From an uncultured Thermodesulfobacteriota bacterium (GTDB lineage: Bacteria; Desulfobacterota; B13-G15), in contig CAZIZI010000002.1 of assembly GCA_964543765.1 (NCBI GenBank), positions 78,017 to 142,016 on the forward strand: a stretch of 64,000 bases of DNA, read 5' to 3'. Positions 60,429 through 64,000 of the stretch are shown piece after piece. Within the stretch, counting starts at the first letter, position 1, and each line of letters opens with the position of its first letter. The translations under genes were made by a program, and so were the position numbers. The notes beneath the pieces are model-generated. The model was not told where the DNA came from, did no database searches, and was given only the letters and a program-made list of their open reading frames with translations.

Positions 60429-60815
60429 TTAGGGTCCTCTCTAAAAATTTTACAAACTCTTTGTAGTTTTCCAAAAGCCTTTGGGCTAAAGTTTTGGTAA
60501 AAACCTTGGGAAAATATCGGGTGGTAAAGTATGCATCGGTTAAGTCATCAAAAAAACAGCTCATTATCAAGGTAGTACTGGTATATTTCTGGCTTTCCAC
60601 AAACTTCGCTTAAGGTTTTAAGGAGTTGTTCCAAGTAATGGGTCTTTGGCCACTCTCCAATGAGCTTTCCGATTAGGTACTTCAAAAGTAGCTGACAGGA
60701 TTGTTCCAAGTTGAAGGCGCAAAGGTCATAATCTCCCCTTTCGAAAAGATAAAGGGCGTTGAAATAGAATTTTTTTACTCTTTTCCTTCAGAAACTCCAC
60801 TCCTTCCAGGCTCAT
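60403..60815 (-). pseudogene. HEPN-domain protein with two +1 frameshifts
   Basis: MSLEGVEFLKEKSKK / FYFNALYLFERGDYDLCAFNLEQSCQLLLK..PKTH / DAYFTTRY; extra base in the A7 run (60770-60776) and the T7 run (60550-60556). Confidence 0.78.
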
Positions 60816-62145
60816 TTTTTACTCTCATATAAAGGGAGTAGTAAGATAGAGAGTTTATCACAGCGTAAGCCAAAAAGGTTCCAAGGCAAATCCCTTTTAT
60901 CCCAAGCTTATAGACTACCACAAAAAGGTAATTAAAAAAGGCGTTTGCTAAAATACCGGCTGTGGCTATGAAAAAAACGGGCTTTAGCCAATTCAATACT
61001 TGGTAGGCACGGTATAGAATAGGCCAAATGAACATAAAAAAAAGGCTTAAGGCATAATATTTTGTAGCTTCTGAGGTAAGGTCTACATCAGCTAAGCTAA
61101 ACCTTCCATACCCAAAGATTCCATACCCAAAGATTAAAGAAACTGCTAACTCAGCAAAGAGAAAAAGACTTATCATAAAGGGAAGGCTTATCAAGAGGGA
61201 ATGCTTAATGTAAAGGTTAATTTTTTCCAGAGATGCTTTGACCTCTGATAGAGCAGTAATTGCCATATGCTCAAGCTTAATAATACCTCGAGGTGCACTT
61301 GCAAGCAATAAGCCATAGGTTAAGGCAGAAATGCCCTTTTCTCCTGTTAAAGACCCAAAGGCTCTATCAACAAGAATGTAAAGATGAAAAACACCATACA
61401 AAGCAGAAAGATAGAAAAAGTGATTTAAAATGAGTTTTACATCCTCATCAACATAAAATTTAAAGTGTAGATGTTCTCTGCCTCTTAAAAGTAGAAAAAG
61501 GGTCGCAAAGCCTTGTCCAATGGAAAAAGAAACGGGAATTACTCTAAAATCCTGAAAAAAATAAAGGCCTAAAGCTATCAAAATTGAGCTTGAAGCAGAA
61601 AAGATTAGTTCTCCTAAAAAATACTCGGTAAACCTGCGTAGGCTTCTTAGCACGGCTCCAAAATGATGGAAAATAAAGCTAAAGAAAAGGTAGGGTAGAA
61701 GAAGAAAATAGGAAATTCTCGAGTATTCTTTGGCTTCTTTACTAAACCCTACAGGGATGTGCTTCAAGACCGGATAGAGTAAGATTGAAAGAAGCAAAAT
61801 TCCGGAGGCTAAGATTAAAGTAAAAGTAAGGAGAAGGGCTGAAAGCTTCTTAAACTTATCTTCCCCTTTTATTCTTGCGGAAACTAAGTTTGGGACACCT
61901 ATTGAGTCAAACACATCAGCAAAAATGAGGAAAATTCCAAGCAAAGAGAGAGCCATAAAGACTGCATCGGTTTGATAGCTAAAGCCAAGAAGGATAGCGA
62001 TGGCTAAATGCTTTAGATAACCTGCAAACCTTGCAAGTAGGTTTAAAAAGGACGACCTTATAAGGGCATACCTTATATTCTCAGGCTTTTTGCTTAGAGT
62101 AAAAAGGCTTGTTAAGCTAAATCTCAATATACTCATCTTTGACAA
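60775..62145 (-). CDS. MurJ/MviN-like (MOP family) flippase
   Basis: 12+ TM segments, LARFAGY, TDAVF, VDRAFGS..G.ISALTYG, FGYGRF. Confidence 0.75.
   Translation of the reverse strand: MSKMSILRFSLTSLFTLSKKPENIRYALIRSSFLNLLARFAGYLKHLAIAILLGFSYQTDAVFMALSLLGIFLIFADVFDSIGVPNLVSARIKGEDKFKKLSALLLTFTLILASGILLLSILLYPVLKHIPVGFSKEAKEYSRISYFLLLPYLFFSFIFHHFGAVLRSLRRFTEYFLGELIFSASSSILIALGLYFFQDFRVIPVSFSIGQGFATLFLLLRGREHLHFKFYVDEDVKLILNHFFYLSALYGVFHLYILVDRAFGSLTGEKGISALTYGLLLASAPRGIIKLEHMAITALSEVKASLEKINLYIKHSLLISLPFMISLFLFAELAVSLIFGYGIFGYGRFSLADVDLTSEATKYYALSLFFMFIWPILYRAYQVLNWLKPVFFIATAGILANAFFNYLFVVVYKLGIKGICLGTFLAYAVINSLSYYSLYMRVKNEPGRSGVSEGKE
61104..61135. repeat. 15-bp tandem duplication inside the flippase gene (IFGYG x2)
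   Basis: TCCATACCCAAAGAT repeated at 61105 and 61120. Confidence 0.85.
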
Positions 62146-62163
62146 ATTTTTTACACCTAATAC

Positions 62164-62290
62164 TCATCCTATCCTCTTTGTATCCGTTCCTTTTATTTTA
62201 TCATAAGTCCTGAGTCATGCAAAGCCAAGCATACCCATAACTATTGTCCAGAGTGCCTCAGAGGGTAAAACTGGTGGATAGAGTATAAAC
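62164..62290 (-). pseudogene. C-terminal fragment of a 3TM-type (phage/GTA) holin
   Basis: PPVLPSEALWTIVMGMLGFA*LRTYDKIKG; resembles the GMLG..GLRT.EK.KG tail of that family. Confidence 0.55.
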
Positions 62291-62339
62291 TAAATACGCC
62301 TTTCTGTATATACAAGCATAAGTCACTACTTCTTTCCGT

Positions 62340-62790
62340 CGGATTCTGTATAAGCCTAAAACCCACCTTCCAATTGCACAACCCTCTGAAAATGCTCTTC
62401 AAACTCAGGCTTCATATAAGGTGCCTCCTCGTTTGTCAAAATATTTTTTATACCCAAGCTCCCTATTTTTTCTTTTGCTTCTGCCCCTTCCTTTTTAGTC
62501 ATCATTACCCTCTTTATATCTTCGTTTCCTTTTAGATTGTCATACCTCGTGAATATCTGCTTTATGCCAAATGTTACCGCCCCTTTTTCTTCATCAACCA
62601 TGTTCCCAATAGCTTATTTTGTAAAATTTCTTAAAATTTCTACTAGTATAGCTTGCTTACCTATTATCTTTTGAAGCCTCTCTAACTTCGCCTTGTAATG
62701 TTTATCATCAAATGAACCATTCTATCCCTAAAGGATTAAAGTTTATCTCTGCCTATATAGTAAATTTGCCCTCTACATCTTTGGTTCTTT
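62340..62790 (-). mobile_element. Degenerate IS3-type element (OrfA and integrase fragments)
   Basis: YKAKLERLQKIIGKQAILVEIL (OrfA-like); GIKQIFTRYDNLKGN...YMKPEFE (integrase C-terminal-like); boundaries approximate. Confidence 0.55.
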
Positions 62791-62809
62791 TATTTTATTT
62801 ATTATATAT

Positions 62810-63798
<989 letters not shown>

Positions 63799-63825
63799 AT
63801 TATTTTCTCCTTTTAAACCGTTTCC

Positions 63826-64000
63826 CTAAAATAATCTTATTATCTTTTTAAGTCCCTCATCTAAGGATACAGTTGGATTCCAGTTTAACCTTTCTTTGGT
63901 AAAGGTTATATCAGAATATCGCCGAATTAGATGACTAAGTGGCAAGGTTTTAAAAACGATCTTTGACTTAGTTCCTGTCAATTTAATTACCTTGTTTGCA
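63826..64000 (-). CDS. C-terminus of an NAD-dependent epimerase/dehydratase (partial, possibly degenerate)
   Basis: KLTGTKSKIVFK..RRYSDIT..KERLNWNPTVSLDEGLKK. Confidence 0.65.
   Translation of the reverse strand, partial: ANKVIKLTGTKSKIVFKTLPLSHLIRRYSDITFTKERLNWNPTVSLDEGLKKIIRLF

Overview
64 kb of chromosome from an anaerobic, probably thermophilic Gram-negative bacterium. LolA, PilQ and TonB receptors indicate an outer membrane, and gene content looks Desulfobacterota/deltaproteobacterial (inference only). Positions 1-36.8 kb and 43.5-53 kb are mostly intact core or metabolic genes: a ClpX-like ATPase, a DUF39 homocysteine enzyme, a group 3b [NiFe] sulfhydrogenase operon behind a Rex/CRP-type palindrome, efp, guaB, gatB, MTA salvage genes, prfB with its +1 frameshift, truA, orphan CooC/CooT, a CBS-type tRNA nucleotidyltransferase, PBP1A, pilMNOPQ, recJ, pyrDK, a 2-hydroxyacyl-CoA dehydratase-family cluster and rtcA. 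Three things stand out. (1) An AT-rich signalling cassette at 36.8-43.5 kb: GGDEF cyclase, REC-HD-GYP, then a sigma54 promoter driving a PilZ/zinc-ribbon/PhcB-like methyltransferase coupled to a membrane hybrid kinase. This is a candidate c-di-GMP-gated diffusible-signal circuit. (2) Two leaders upstream of TonB-receptor genes each carry a pair of C-ANGAA-G pentaloop hairpins. The second hairpin overlaps a terminator in one leader and an SD-sequestering helix in the other, suggesting an ANTAR-like RNA switch. (3) Many housekeeping genes have promoters that predict leaderless mRNAs. The last 7.3 kb is a decaying polysaccharide/toxin-antitoxin island with IS256 and IS3 remnants and a holin fragment. 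No rRNA, tRNA or CRISPR array was seen. All calls come from reading motifs by eye; no searches were run.
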